From Octopus sinensis (taxonomy: Eukaryota), in NCBI RefSeq assembly GCF_006345805.1, contig NC_043014.1, positions 4,092,001 to 4,156,000 on the forward strand: DNA of 64,000 bases. The letters run 5' to 3'. The notes below the pieces were generated by a model that worked only from the letters and a program-made list of their open reading frames with translations, did not search any database and was not told the origin of the DNA. The translations under genes were made by a program, and so were the position numbers. Positions 1-12,770 of the stretch are shown here, one piece after another. Each line of letters starts with the position of its first letter. Positions within the stretch are counted from its first letter, which is position 1.

Positions 1-111
1 CAGCGTTATTCCATTTCTTCTCTCATTGCTCTTGGGGTTCTTCTCGTTCTGACGATCGTGATTCTTCATCAAGATTCAAGAATAGGAAAAATGGAAGAGA
101 AATCGAAAACG
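1..111 (+). CDS. Paralog 1 exon 1 (5'-partial) of short-chain collagen C4-like domain gene; hydrophobic anchor segment
   Basis: Reads QRYSISSLIALGVLLVLTIVILHQDSRIGKMEEKSKT then GTAAGT donor at 112; near-identical to complete exon-1 copies at 23850, 39999 and 51944. Confidence 0.85.
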
Positions 112-585
112 GTAAGTCATGGATTTTTTGTTAATATATGTACGTCTTTATGAATTTATATATGCATGTATGTATGTATGCATTTACGTATGTATGTATT
201 AATATGTGGATGTATGTACGTACGGATGGATGGATGGATGTAAGGATGTATGCATGAATCACGTACATATGTTCCTATGGAGGACACACACACACATAAG
301 ATCACACACGTAATCACACACGAACACACAGGCGCACACACCTAAGCATACATATATATACATATACGCATATTTGTATATATAATATACATATATATGT
401 ATATATAAATATACATACATATGAATATATTAGTGCGTGAACATATATAGATATATATATACAAACAAATATATGCGTGTGTGTATCTATCACTGTATCT
501 CTCTGTCTATCTCTCTCTCTCTCTGTCTATCTCTCTGTCTATCTCTCTGTCTATCTCTCTCTCTCTATTTATCTATATATATATA

Positions 586-643
<58 letters not shown>

Positions 644-1033
644 TATATAAATATATTCTTTTACCCGTTTCAGTCATTTGACTGCGGCCATGCTAGAGCA
701 CTGCGTTTAGTAGGACAAATCGACTTCAGGAATTATTCTTTGTAAGCCTATTGCTCATTATATCGTTATCTCTAGCCGAACCGCTATGTAACGGGGACGT
801 AAACACACCGACATCAGTTGAGAATCGATAGTGGTGCGACAATAACAGACACATACATAAAACATAGATACATACACACTATGTGTGCTATACACACACA
901 AACACACACACACAAACACACACACATACATCTATATATATATATATATATATACATATCATATATACATACACACATATATAGTTTCGTATGTACGTAC
1001 ATACATATCTATCTATCTATCTATCTATTTATC

Positions 1034-1091
<58 letters not shown>

Positions 1092-1121
1092 ACTATCTAT
1101 CTATCTATCTATCTATTTATC

Positions 1122-1152
<31 letters not shown>

Positions 1153-1172
1153 CTATCTATGTATCTATATAC

Positions 1173-1322
<150 letters not shown>

Positions 1323-1995
1323 TATATATGTATATATACATATACACACATCCCAAGGAAACACAAAGAAGAGTGGAATTGTACTCCTGTCCGATCGCTC
1401 TTTCGCCAGATATAATCTAATGGTGGGGTTCTAGCATGGCCATGCCCTGTCGCTGCAACGTTTAGCCCTATTAATATTAGTGTTAAGTATTATATCAAGA
1501 TGTACACTTACACACACGCACAGAAACAAACACATACAAACACACACACACACACACATAGGAATACGTACATATTTACACACATTTATCTATTTCTCTC
1601 CATCAGGAACGGAAGTGAGGCGAGTTTTTTTGAATCTTTTCTTTCCAACTGAAAATAAAAGGTGCGAGTGCCAATGTAGATCGGTGGATTTCGTAATGTT
1701 TGACTGTAATTCACGTTGGTTTTTATATATGACAATATGTAAGAACGAATGTAAATACATACACACAGACACACGGACAAACACACGCACAAATAAACAC
1801 AAACACACACACATACGCACGCACACAGACACACGTGCTCAATTGTACACGAACAATCACACTATACAGTGTATGTCCACTCACATATATGTGTGCGTTT
1901 GTGTGTGTGTATGCGTATAAGTAGATACGTATATTTGTGATATTTACGGTGTGTATGCCTAAGTATACGTGTATACGTATATATTGATATGTATT

Positions 1996-2091
<96 letters not shown>

Positions 2092-2120
2092 TATACACAT
2101 ACATGTATGTATGTCTGTGT

Positions 2121-2400
2121 GAAGACGCAGTGGCCCAGTGGTTTGGGCAGCGGACTCAAGATTGTAGGATCGCGGTTTCGATTCTGTATTGCTGGGGATT
2201 AAAGCTCCACGAGGCTCAGGGAGTGGGTTGTTGTGATCTCTGCTGTACTCTTTCGCTACAACTTTCTCCCTTTCTTCTGTTGGCCTGCTCGCTCAGCCAG
2301 CGGGGTGGCGTCATTTGAAGGCTAAAACAATGCGATGCGCATTGTGACCAGCGATGTGTAGCAAAAACTGATAGCCTGGTCTGTAACGGTGATCACGGAG
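2121..2400 (+). mobile_element. tRNA-derived SINE, second family, shared by all four intron-1 copies
   Basis: TGGCCCAGTGG A-box and GGTTTCGATTC B-box; copies at ~27300-27600, ~42246-42497 and ~56733-57015; head fragment on the minus strand at ~55391-55440. Confidence 0.72.
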
Positions 2401-2482
2401 AAATATGTATCATACGCACACAACACACACACACATACACACGTACATACACACACACCAGCACAGATGTCCACATACACCT

Positions 2483-2700
2483 ATTTCATTATTACCCACA
2501 AGGGGCTAAACGCAGAGGGGACAAACAAGGACAGACAAACAGATTAAGTCGATTATATCGACCCCAGTGCGAAACTGGTACTTATTTAGTCGACCCTAAA
2601 AGGATGAAATGCAAAGTCAACCTCGGCGGAATTTGAACTCAGAACGTAACGGCAGACGAAATACCGCTAAGCATTTCGCCCGGCGCGCTAACGATTCTCC
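2483..2700 (-). mobile_element. SINE, third family, specific to paralog 1
   Basis: Minus strand GGAGAATCGTTAGC...GAGTTCAAATTCC B-box ... TGTGGGTAATAATGAAAT tail; flanked by ~95-bp direct repeats. Confidence 0.75.
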
Positions 2701-4050
2701 GTGATCACGGAGATATATCTATCATACGCACACAATTCACACACACACACACATACACACGTACATACACACACACCAGCACAGATGTCCACATATACCT
2801 TTAACGAACTATATTCATACAGATACGCACACACTTATACACACATGGGCAGAGACACACACGCACATACACGTACTTAAACGCACACACGCACACAAGC
2901 ACACGCACGCACATTACTCCCACACAACTCCAAAACACCCCACACACACACGCATGCATAAATTCACATACACACCGATACATATACATACACGCAATAT
3001 ATGCCTACACGCGCACACACACATACACATACGTATACACATATAGACACAGACACACACACACGCAAAAACATGCGCGCACATACGCTCGCACACACGC
3101 ACACGAATGCACACACCGAAAACTCACAACCCCACGGATACACGTATATACACAATTATATACGCTTACACACACATATACGCACACAAAACTACACGCA
3201 CATATAAGACACACGCGCTTACATACACACACACACAAATGTACCCACACATACGTCCCATACACACGGCACACAATTATACATACATGTATACACACAA
3301 ACGCACAGTTACTCACCACACAAACTCTACGCATACACACTCAAACACACTACAAACAAAACACACACATACACACACACACGTGTCATCATTGCACACA
3401 TACCCACATACCCACATACACACACACGTACACATACACTAAGTAAAGCACAGTTATTCGCCACACAACCTAACTCTACGCCTACTCACACGAACACACA
3501 CATTCATACACACACACACAATACAAACAAAACACACACACGAAACATATACATACACGCACACACGCACATACTTCAAACTAGCAGTACCTACAACTTG
3601 ACCTTCGGTAGAGACAAAGGAATCCACGCCTAAATCCTTCTTCCTTGGCCTTAACACTACTAACCCTACAACACGCAAAGATTAACAGCCACAACCACAC
3701 ACACATACACACACACACACACACACGTGTCATCATTGCACTCATACACACATACACACACACGCAGACCTACGCGCACACTCTTATCCACACTTACACA
3801 CACATTCCTCCTCCTCTACCACTCTCCTGTCTTTGAAAGAACTTTTCATCACCCATTCCCTTCACGCCATTCAAAATGTGACGGCGTGTGTACCGTTGGC
3901 GATTTTTTTTCCGCTGTCTTCCCTCCTCTGGATCTTTCCTTCTCGTATGTTTCCGACGAAGAGCTCCACCCGAAACGTTAAACCCTCCTTCTTTCCTTCT
4001 TTCCTGAGCGTCCAATAATACTATATTTGTTCCACGTCCTCGCGTTTATG
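2701..4050 (+). mobile_element. Old CA-rich element ending in a pyrimidine tract and minimal hammerhead, present in intron 1 of all paralogs
   Basis: Same unique islands (CAAACTAGCAGTACC..., CCACTCTCCTGTCTTTGAAAG...) at ~27690-28700, ~42490-43870 and ~57010-58290. Confidence 0.5.
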
Positions 4051-4103
4051 TTTTTTGTGCTTTCTTGTTTGCATTATATTTAACTATATATATACATGTA
4101 TAT

Positions 4104-4149
<46 letters not shown>

Positions 4150-4150
<1 letters not shown>

Positions 4151-4819
4151 ACAATTGAGGGTAAAATTAATTAATTAATCAATTTCATCAAGTGTTCAGT
4201 ATGTAAAAGGACCATTTAAGGCGAATTCAAAATATTACATTATATAATTAGGGCTTAGTAAAATAAATTACTTTGCCACATACTGAACTTAGTAGAAATA
4301 GCAGCCAAAAAAAAAAAAAAAAAAATTTTCTTAGCATTTCTACTACTTAAAGAAAGTTTCTCTCAGATAATGTTTACTCCAGACAGCTCACGAAGGTTTG
4401 GGGGTAAATACAGAAAAATATCACAAGTACATAGATCGTTTGAGTACGTCAACGTTTCAAGATTAGTTTCAACTGTTTAGTTGGAGTGGTTCATCTGAAG
4501 CGACAAGTTCGCTGATAGGTAAAGTTCCTTCTTTTAGTGTTTCCAAATCCAAATTAAGAAATTTTGAGCTGACGAAAGAAATGCTGATTTTATTTGGCTA
4601 ATCTTGAAACGTTGACGTACTCAAACGATCTATGTACTTGTGATATTTTTCTGTATTTACCCCCAAACCTTCGTGAGCTGTCTGGAGTAAACATTATCTG
4701 AGAGAAACTTTCTTTAAGTAGTAGAAATGCTAAGAAAATTTTTTTTTTTGGCTGCTATTTCTACTAAGTTCAGTATGTGGCAAAGTAATTTATTTTACTA
4801 AGCCCTAATTATATAATGT
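4150..4819. mobile_element. Foldback insertion (arms 4237-4466 and 4598-4819) with a hammerhead; Penelope-pLTR-like
   Basis: Near-perfect ~225-bp inverted arms, extra tail at 4150-4236, inserted in (TA)n, only in paralog 1. Confidence 0.7.
4563..4625 (+). ncRNA. Type I hammerhead ribozyme, canonical core
   Basis: Stem I TTTGAG/CTCAAA; core CTGACGA 4569-4575; stem II AAGA/TCTT; GAAA 4606-4609; stem III CG(T)/(A)CG; GUA cleavage triplet, cut after 4619. Confidence 0.8.
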
Positions 4820-4863
<44 letters not shown>

Positions 4864-4926
4864 ATGTGTGTGTGTGGAGAAATATGTGTGTATAAATATG
4901 TGTGTGTGTGTGTGTGTGTGTGTGTA

Positions 4927-5521
4927 CTAGCAGACGTACCCGGTATTGCTGGGGATTAAAATGGCAAAGTTGGTATATAATATATTCCAGTCATTTTGAA
5001 ACAGGTGATATTGGAAAGTGTAACATTGACAACAAAACATTTGTAGAGTAAATGCTGGGCTAATTCGACTAAGCAACATGCTATGCGTCCGTTTGGAGTG
5101 TTTCAGGCCCTAACCTGTCATGCAAAATTAGAGGTGGGGTTTGTGTGATTTTTGAACGCACCGTAAAGCTGTCAGTGGATATACTCACCTTTGCAGCAGT
5201 ATGCGCTGTATCTAACACGGCCCATCATCGTAAATTTTGACACCTCACGTCGGGTTTGATGTCCTATATCACTCATAGTGCAAATTTGGAGTAACTGTGG
5301 TTGTTCATTCGCGGGTACCAGGGAACCATTGAGGCGATAGAGTTGCCATTGAACTTTGACGTCGGCGTAAATTCATGTTTATCTATCTTCTTAGATTCAC
5401 CAAACGATGTCATTTGAAATTCAGTGTTGTATTGTCTGATATTGTTCAGAAAATCGTTTGACGGGATGGAAGCGCCTTCTAGAAGATTCCTAAGGGGTTG
5501 AAATGGTATTGCTTGCAATGA
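4927..5521 (-). mobile_element. Helitron-derived fragment with intact 3' terminus
   Basis: Minus strand ends CCCAGCAATACCGGG hairpin ...CTAG|T; FLNNIRQYNTEFQMTSFG resembles the Helitron_like_N region. 5' limit uncertain. Confidence 0.7.
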
Positions 5522-5625
5522 TACCTGACCGAATATGTTGTCATCTATTGCATTGTTTTAAGTTCTAAACGATAATAAATATCCTGAAGTTCTATTTATA
5601 TGATGCTATTTCTATGTTTTCACAG

Positions 5626-5677
5626 AACCGTTTCATCTCCAAGAAATCTCTCGACGATAAACCTGATGATACGCCAA
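5626..5677 (+). CDS. Paralog 1 exon 2a (NRFISKKSLDDKPDDTP-K), phase 0 to 1
   Basis: ttttcacag acceptor, 52 nt open, GTAAG donor at 5678; conserved at 29409 and 44706; phases join exon 1 (phase 0) to exon 3 (phase 1). Confidence 0.75.
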
Positions 5678-5889
5678 GTAAGAACTAATTTTATAGATAA
5701 AGAATTTTACCCGTGTTTCCTTAACTAATGATTTAAAACTTCACCAACTTTGAATTAGTTCCACATTACTATCCATATTTCCACAATAATATATACTAAG
5801 ACACTTGCCTGAATTTATTTCAAAATATGTTCTATTTACAATAATTTCCTAAATAAAATGTTACTCTAATATACTAGCCATTTATTGTG

Positions 5890-7796
5890 TGTATATGAGT
5901 AAATATGCAGTGCTACGTCGAGAATTGTTTCGGCCCGCACGGTTCATCCGAGTGTGCACTTCACCGAGTGTCCGAGGCGGCCGGTATGTTCACAGTGAAC
6001 AAATTAGAGTGCTCAGAGCGAGCCCCGCCGGCTTGCATACGAAAAGCATGGAATGCCCTCTCCATCTGATAATCAAATGCCCGAGCTGGCGCTTCACTGC
6101 GTTTATATCTACAATTCAGCATTCTGTTCACACTTGTGCTCCAATCGTTCGTGAATAGAGACCCGAAATAATGATCTTCCATTTTCCTACAGAGTGCATA
6201 TTTGTCAGTCATGCCTTGGGGTACTCGTCAGCCAACCAATTCAGTGCACGTTGTTGGTGACCATCAGACGAATCGGGTAGCAGCATGTCGTCTACAAATA
6301 ACAGTCGACCGATCACGCAGAGATGAATTGGGATACCTCTACCACAATGGCTGCGCATATTCAACCAGATCACAAAAAGAATGTGAGAAGGGGCACTAAC
6401 AATGCACACTTCAACTAAGTGAAACCTTCACGTTGAAAACTTTCGACTTTTACATAAATACAAACATTTGAACATCCATATAAGTTCTTTATGGCAAACA
6501 GTATTTGCACATTAAACTCACCTTCATGGTAAATCACCCACAACATGCCCCAGGGCACGTGATCGTATGCCTTTTCGTGGTTTACAGTGTATTCCTCTTG
6601 GAAATGCTTCAACGTTTTCTGGAAGATCTATCTTTGAACGACTCTCTGGTCGGGTGTACTGCAACCAGGACAGTAATCTTGGGCGCGACAATTTCCCCAC
6701 TTATCGTTTCCTGACATCTAGAATAGACTTTTCGATAATTAGAACACAATCTTTGGTCTCTGTTTGAAAAAAATTGTGATTGTCACCCCATATTACCATT
6801 GCCTTGGTGTTTTTCCCAGGGTTCCCATCCACCTAGCATACATGGGTCACTCAGAGAATACCATCTGTATTTAAGGTTTCTAAAATATCAAGCCGAACGT
6901 GCTTTTCACCAGCAGCTTTATCACTTTTAAGTGAGTTTAGCTCAAATAAGCGTTCAACCGAAGAAGAACCTGCCGAATAAAATAATACAATCACGAATCG
7001 ATTTCGATGTCCAACTTCATTCAGGCGGGTCACTCTCAATTTGGATGCAAAAGTCTCCACAATTTTGTTTCTGATCCCAGCATCCACTGCGGCTGCCAAC
7101 TGTATTCTGTAAGTCGAGCTGGACTTACCAATTTCTAGTGTTCGGCACTAGAACATTTAGGTAGTGACGAGTTGATAACTCCACCCGTCCTCTTACACAA
7201 ACGTTCAGCAAAGAGTGGAAGATGACCGAACTCTATCAGAAACCTCTGTCACCAAGTATTTCTATTCCAGGTACCCTTATAAATATCCCTGTCTTAAAAT
7301 AATATCCATACCATAGAGTGGAGAGTGTGTATCCTGCACAGAAGGCTGCTATGATCTCTCCATTAAGTTCACTGACGACATACCCCAAATATATCTAAAG
7401 CTGAGGTGAATTTGCTTAGGAAGGATTTGTATTTGACCTCGGTGTTTGCTGCATATACTTACAGCAGCCACAGTGGTCCTTCGTATTCAGCCTTAGCTTC
7501 AAGAGGTGAACCCACACACCTAGTAGGTTTCACTCCATAATACAATCCGAAAGCTGGGGATTTAGGGTATTCTTATCCCACCTGTGCAGACATTGTTGGC
7601 ACCACAGTTGCGTAGTGGAGTTCAAAGCCTATATCCAGGTGTACGCTATCGGAGAAAGGAAATTTTGTAGAGGAGACACCGATTATATCTTACAGGCAGA
7701 TTATATCTAACAATTTCGACGTTTTAATTCTCAATTATTAAAGGTTCCCTTCTTGATCTGCTTTGTTGTCCTGAGACCGTCAATATTGTGCTCCCA
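5890..7796 (-). mobile_element. Ancient degenerate RTE-like LINE remnant in intron 2
   Basis: EKAYDHVPW and LLFV/ADDMLL RT-like fragments with many stops; copies at ~14660-16500 (more diverged), ~29690-31620 and ~44985-46560. Confidence 0.55.
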
Positions 7797-8151
7797 TCAA
7801 AAACGGTAAGTCATGGATTTTGTGTTAACATATGTATGTCTGTATGCATGTATTTATTTAGGTATGTATGTGTGTGTAAATATGTGTGTGTGCGTGTGTG
7901 TAAATATGTGTGTGTGTATTATGTATGTGTGCGTGTGTGTAAATATGTGTGTATGTATTATGTATGTGTGCGTGTGTGTAAATATGTGTGTATGTATTAT
8001 GTATGTGTGCGTGTGTGTAAATATGTGTGTGTGTATGGATTGATAGATTTGCGGATAGACAGACAGAGAGACAGATAGATAGATAGGTAGGTAGATAGAC
8101 AGACAGATAGATAGATAGGTAGGTAGATAGACAGACAGATAGATAGATAGG

Positions 8152-8208
<57 letters not shown>

Positions 8209-8270
8209 TACATAGAAGGATAGATATATATAGATAGATAGACAGACAGCAGACAGATAGATAGATAGAT

Positions 8271-11085
8271 AAGTTTCTTTATTGGCCACACAGGGATGCA
8301 CACAGATGGGCCAAGTTACAAGGTAGAGCTTTTCTTTTGGGGGATGAAGAGAACAAAAAACAAAAGAAAAAAAAATGGGGGTGGCGTAGGTTTTCGATCA
8401 AGAGGGATCGTAAAAGAGGAAAAAAAAGAACGATCAATAGGGATCGTGTATCACAGTGTTATGATACATGGTGTAAAGAGGAAAGCAAGTAAGGTTTATC
8501 CGTGGGAAGAAAAGCCTACGAAAAAGACCACGGTAACCTTGGTCAATATTGTTATATGTTACCACATTTGTTTGCAAGTGGGTAACCCTCTGTTTTCAAT
8601 TTCTGGGTTCATAGGATTATGCTCAAGGTGGCTTCGTCATTCATACGTGCCATCCTTGCTACATTCACCCATCTTTTTTTAAAACATTCGCTAGACAAAA
8701 CTTGCCTCTCTACTCTCACTTTCCTTTTCAAGTGGTACTTGAAGAAGTTGATGGGAGATTGACCAGAGAGGAGAGTGTTTGTCTCCAATCCTTTCAGACG
8801 CGTCCACCAGATACATTCTTTCGCCATAGCCACAAGGATGATGAAAATAGCTCTTCCTTCCCGTTTGAAGGAAGGAGGCGTGACAATATGGACGATAGAC
8901 TCAGCTGATAAACCGACACGTCCCACACGTGACAGCAGCTGTTCGACATAAGCCCACAGGTCGGAAATTGTTGGACACTGCACGGGTGCGTGCAGAACGG
9001 TTTCGTCGCTCTGACCGCATCTCGGGCAGGTCGGCCCCGTGTTTCTCGAGCCGTGTCTGTAGAGCTTATCCCGAACGGGTAGCGCTTCTCGGTCGCACTG
9101 CCAGGCCAGGGATCTCTGGAAGTTGTCCATGGGCCCTGGCCCGAAAGTCGTCCTGAACAGGCGGGTCAGAGACTCCTCGTCGACGTCCAGGTTTGCCCCG
9201 AGCTCGTCGTCGTACCTCCCCTCCACTAATCCCCTATAGAATGCTTTGGTTGTGTTGAAGTCACTCAAGGTCGACCCGGGACGGCAGAGTTGCTTGAGAG
9301 CAACGCGACACTCGCGGTGCCATTCGCCCTTCCTCGGCCTCTTTTTGATCCACGACTGCAGTTCGGTCATGGAGACGAGCTGCGGGAAAGCGTGCCTCAC
9401 AAACGGCGACCACACCTGTTCACCGTCGTCTACATAGAGCCAGAGATGTCGCAGTCTCGGCGCGTGTCTGCGCATCATCAACCACGGCATACCCAGCCCT
9501 CCTTTTAGCGGGTGTTGACAGCAAATGGATCGCCTGACCATCGGGACGCATCCTTTCCACAAGAAGCGAAAGAGAATGCGTTGTAGTTTGGTGATGGTAG
9601 GGTCGGGACAAGGTACGACGGATAGGCGGTAGTAGATGACGGACGCGATGTACGTGTTCGCCACCTCCGCCCGACCTTTTAGGGACAGTTTCTTCTCGGC
9701 CCATTGCCGGGCGAGAGTGACCACCCTACTCGTTATCTCGTTCCAGTTCTTCTCCACTTGGAGGTCCGGACCAAACTAGACCCCGAGCAACTCAACCGGG
9801 CCGTCGGTCCAGCGTCCCACGACGGAGGCGCTGGTGGACGGCATGGGCTTGCTTCTCCAGGTGCCTAGTCGCAAGCCCACTGACTTTTCCCGGTTGATTT
9901 TCGCTCCTGTCACCGCTTCGTAGTTTTTCAGTGTCTCGCCGACCAGCTCGATGTGCTCGTGGCTAGACACTATGACGGTGACGTCGTCCGCGTATGCAGA
10001 CACGCTCGTCCCGCATCCCAGTTCTCGCGGGATGCCCCTCAAAGTTGCCAGCTTCCGCAATCGAGAGTCAATACGTATAGAAGCGACGAGAGGGGGCATC
10101 CCTGACGGACCGAACGTGCGATGTCGAAGGGTCTCGATAGATGTCCATTCACGCGAAATACCGAACGGATACCTCTGTACAAAGCGGCTATCCAGCCGCG
10201 GAAGACGGGACCGAAGCCTGCCGCTCTGAGGACCGCCTCCAAGTATCGATGGTCTACCCTATCGAAAGCTTTCGATTGATCAAGATTGATCAGCGCCCCA
10301 CCCATGCCAGGTTCGTTAACTACCCTGTCTATGATGTAGCGCATCAGGTGGAGGTTGTCATGGATGGTCCGGCCCGGCACGGCGCATGTTTGCGCCCTGT
10401 CGACCAGTTTCTCGATGACAAGCGCCAACCTCTTGGCTAGCACCTTGGCCAAAATTTTCAAGTCTGCATTAAGTAGAGTGATGGGCCTAAAGTTATCTAT
10501 TACATTTCCCTTGTTTAGATCTTTCTTCAGCAGTGTTACAGCTCCTCGGCTCACAAAACCAGGAATGCTCCCGTTTTGCTGCCAGTTGCAGTACACCGCC
10601 GCCAAGAGATCTCCAAACAAGTCTGGCATACAATTGTAAAGCTTGTAGGGTAGACCATCCAAACCCGGTGATTTGTCCCTCGAGCATTCTGCCATCGCCT
10701 CCTGCACTTCCGCCGCCGTACCTTCGCAGCACCCTGCCTTTCTTGTCGAGAGTCGTGGTAGGCTATGTAGGTGGGCACTGAAGTCCACCCTACGTTCTTG
10801 CCCTCCACTCGTCCCGAACAGTCGGGCAAAATGCTGCTGAAAGGCCTCACACATTTTACTTGGCTCAAGCAATTCGTGCCCCTGTTCATCTACCAGGGAC
10901 CGAATGGTGGCTTTGCTGCCCTGTTGCGCCTCTGCCACCCGGGCCTCTCTCGCGGCTCCAACACCTTCGTTCCTTAGAGCACGCATCCTAGCTCTGACAG
11001 CACATCTTCGTGCTTGGCGTTGAAGTGTTGGTCGAGGGCCAACCTCGCCGCCAAAACGTCGGATGCGATGCCGCTTCTAATTGCC
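8271..11085 (-). mobile_element. 5'-truncated Tx1/L1-clade non-LTR retrotransposon (RT + zf-RVT), disrupted
   Basis: DKSPGLDG, FRPITLLNAD, LDQSKAFDRVDH, VRQGCPLS, AYADDV and CPRCGQSDETVLH motifs; frameshifts near 10980 and 10050, TAG at 9776; 3' end AATAAAGAAAC; (GATA)n on both sides. Confidence 0.9.
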
Positions 11086-11151
<66 letters not shown>

Positions 11152-11252
11152 GGATAGATTAGATAGATGGATAGATAGATAGATAGATAGATATAGAGAT
11201 AGATACATAGATAGATAGATATGTAGATAGGTAGATAGATAGATAGATAGAT

Positions 11253-11283
<31 letters not shown>

Positions 11284-11288
11284 TAGAT

Positions 11289-11335
<47 letters not shown>

Positions 11336-11408
11336 CAGACATACAGACAGACAGACAGACAGAAGACAGATAGATAGATAGATAGATAGATATATAGATA
11401 GATAGATA
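11086..11408. repeat. (GATA)n/(GACA)n microsatellite between the two Tx1-like copies; sister tracts at 8039-8270 and 12620-12752
   Basis: Direct reading. Confidence 0.95.
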
Positions 11409-12618
11409 TGTTTCTTTATTAGCCACACAGGGCTGCACACAGACAGAACAAATTACAAGGTAGAGCATTTCTTTTGGGGCTAAAAAAAATGGGGGTTGGT
11501 TTTCGATCAAAAGGGATCGTAAAAAGAAAGAAAGAGGACAAAAAAAGGGGAGGATTTTTAAACAGGGGGGAGAGGGATTAAAAAAAGAAAAGGGGAGAGG
11601 AAAAAAAGTTGATCAATAGGGATCGTAATCACAGAAATGTCAATATGAAGTGTAAAGGGGAGGACAGGTGAGGTTTACCCGTGGAAAGAAAAGCCTACGG
11701 AAAAGACCACGGTAACCTCGGTCAATGAAGTCACATGTTATATTTCTTTCTTTTATTTTTTTTTTTTGCAAATAAGCAACTCTCTGTATTAATTTTTACG
11801 GTTCATAGAATCATAGTCAAGGTGGCTTCGTCATTCATACGTGCCATCCTTGCTACATTCACCCATCTTTTTTTAAAACATTCACTAGACAAAACTTGCT
11901 TCCCTACTCTCACTTTCCTCTTCAAGTGATACTTGAAGAAGTTGATGAGAGATTGACCAGAGAGGAAAGTGTTTGTCTCTAATCCTTTCAGACGCGTCCA
12001 CCAGATACATTCTTTCGCCATAGCCACAAGGATGATGAAAATAGCTCTTCCTTCCCGTTTGAAGGAAGGAGGCGTGTCGATATTAACGATAGACTCGGCT
12101 GATAAACCGACACGTCCCACACGTGACAGCAGTCGTTCGACATAAGCCCACAGGTCGGAAATTGTTGGACACTGCACGATTGCGTGCAGAGCGGTTTCGT
12201 CGCTCTGCCCGCATCTTGGGCAGGTCGGCCCCGTGTTTCTCGAGCCATGCCTATAGAGCTTATCCCGAACGTGTAGCGCTTCTCGGTAGCACCGCCAGGC
12301 CAGGGATCTCTGGAAGTTGTCCGTAGGTCCCGGGCCGAAAGTCGTTTCAAACAGGCGGGTCAGGTATTCCTCGTCGACGTCCAGGTTTGCCTCGAGATCG
12401 TCGTCGTACCTCCCCTCCACTAATCCCCTATAGAATGCTTTGGTTGTGTTGAAGTCACTCAAGGTCGACCCGGGACGGCAGAGTTGCTTGAGAGCAACGC
12501 GACACTCGCTGTGCCATTCGCCCTTCCTCGGCCTCTTTTTGATCCACGACTGCAGTTCGGTCATGGAGACGAGTTGCGGGAAAGCGTGCCTCACAAACGG
12601 CGACCACACCTGTTCACC

Positions 12619-12619
<1 letters not shown>
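11409..12619 (-). mobile_element. Second, shorter 5'-truncated copy of the same Tx1/L1-clade family
   Basis: 268-aa C-terminal ORF highly similar to 8609-9757, diverged 3' UTR, same 3' terminus, (GATA)n on both sides. Confidence 0.9.
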
Positions 12620-12695
<76 letters not shown>

Positions 12696-12711
12696 TTAGA
12701 TAGATAGATAT

Positions 12712-12750
<39 letters not shown>

Positions 12751-12770
12751 TAGAAATACCTGTCAATCTA

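Noticed and set aside
5661-5670. CTGATGA in exon 2 (also 14318, 29446, 44743) as a hammerhead core
   Set aside because: No stem II, GAAA or stem I partner; it is coding sequence (PDD).
7858-8038. ~34-bp tandem repeat that could mimic a CRISPR-like array
   Set aside because: No unique spacers, microsatellite-derived, eukaryotic context, no cas genes.
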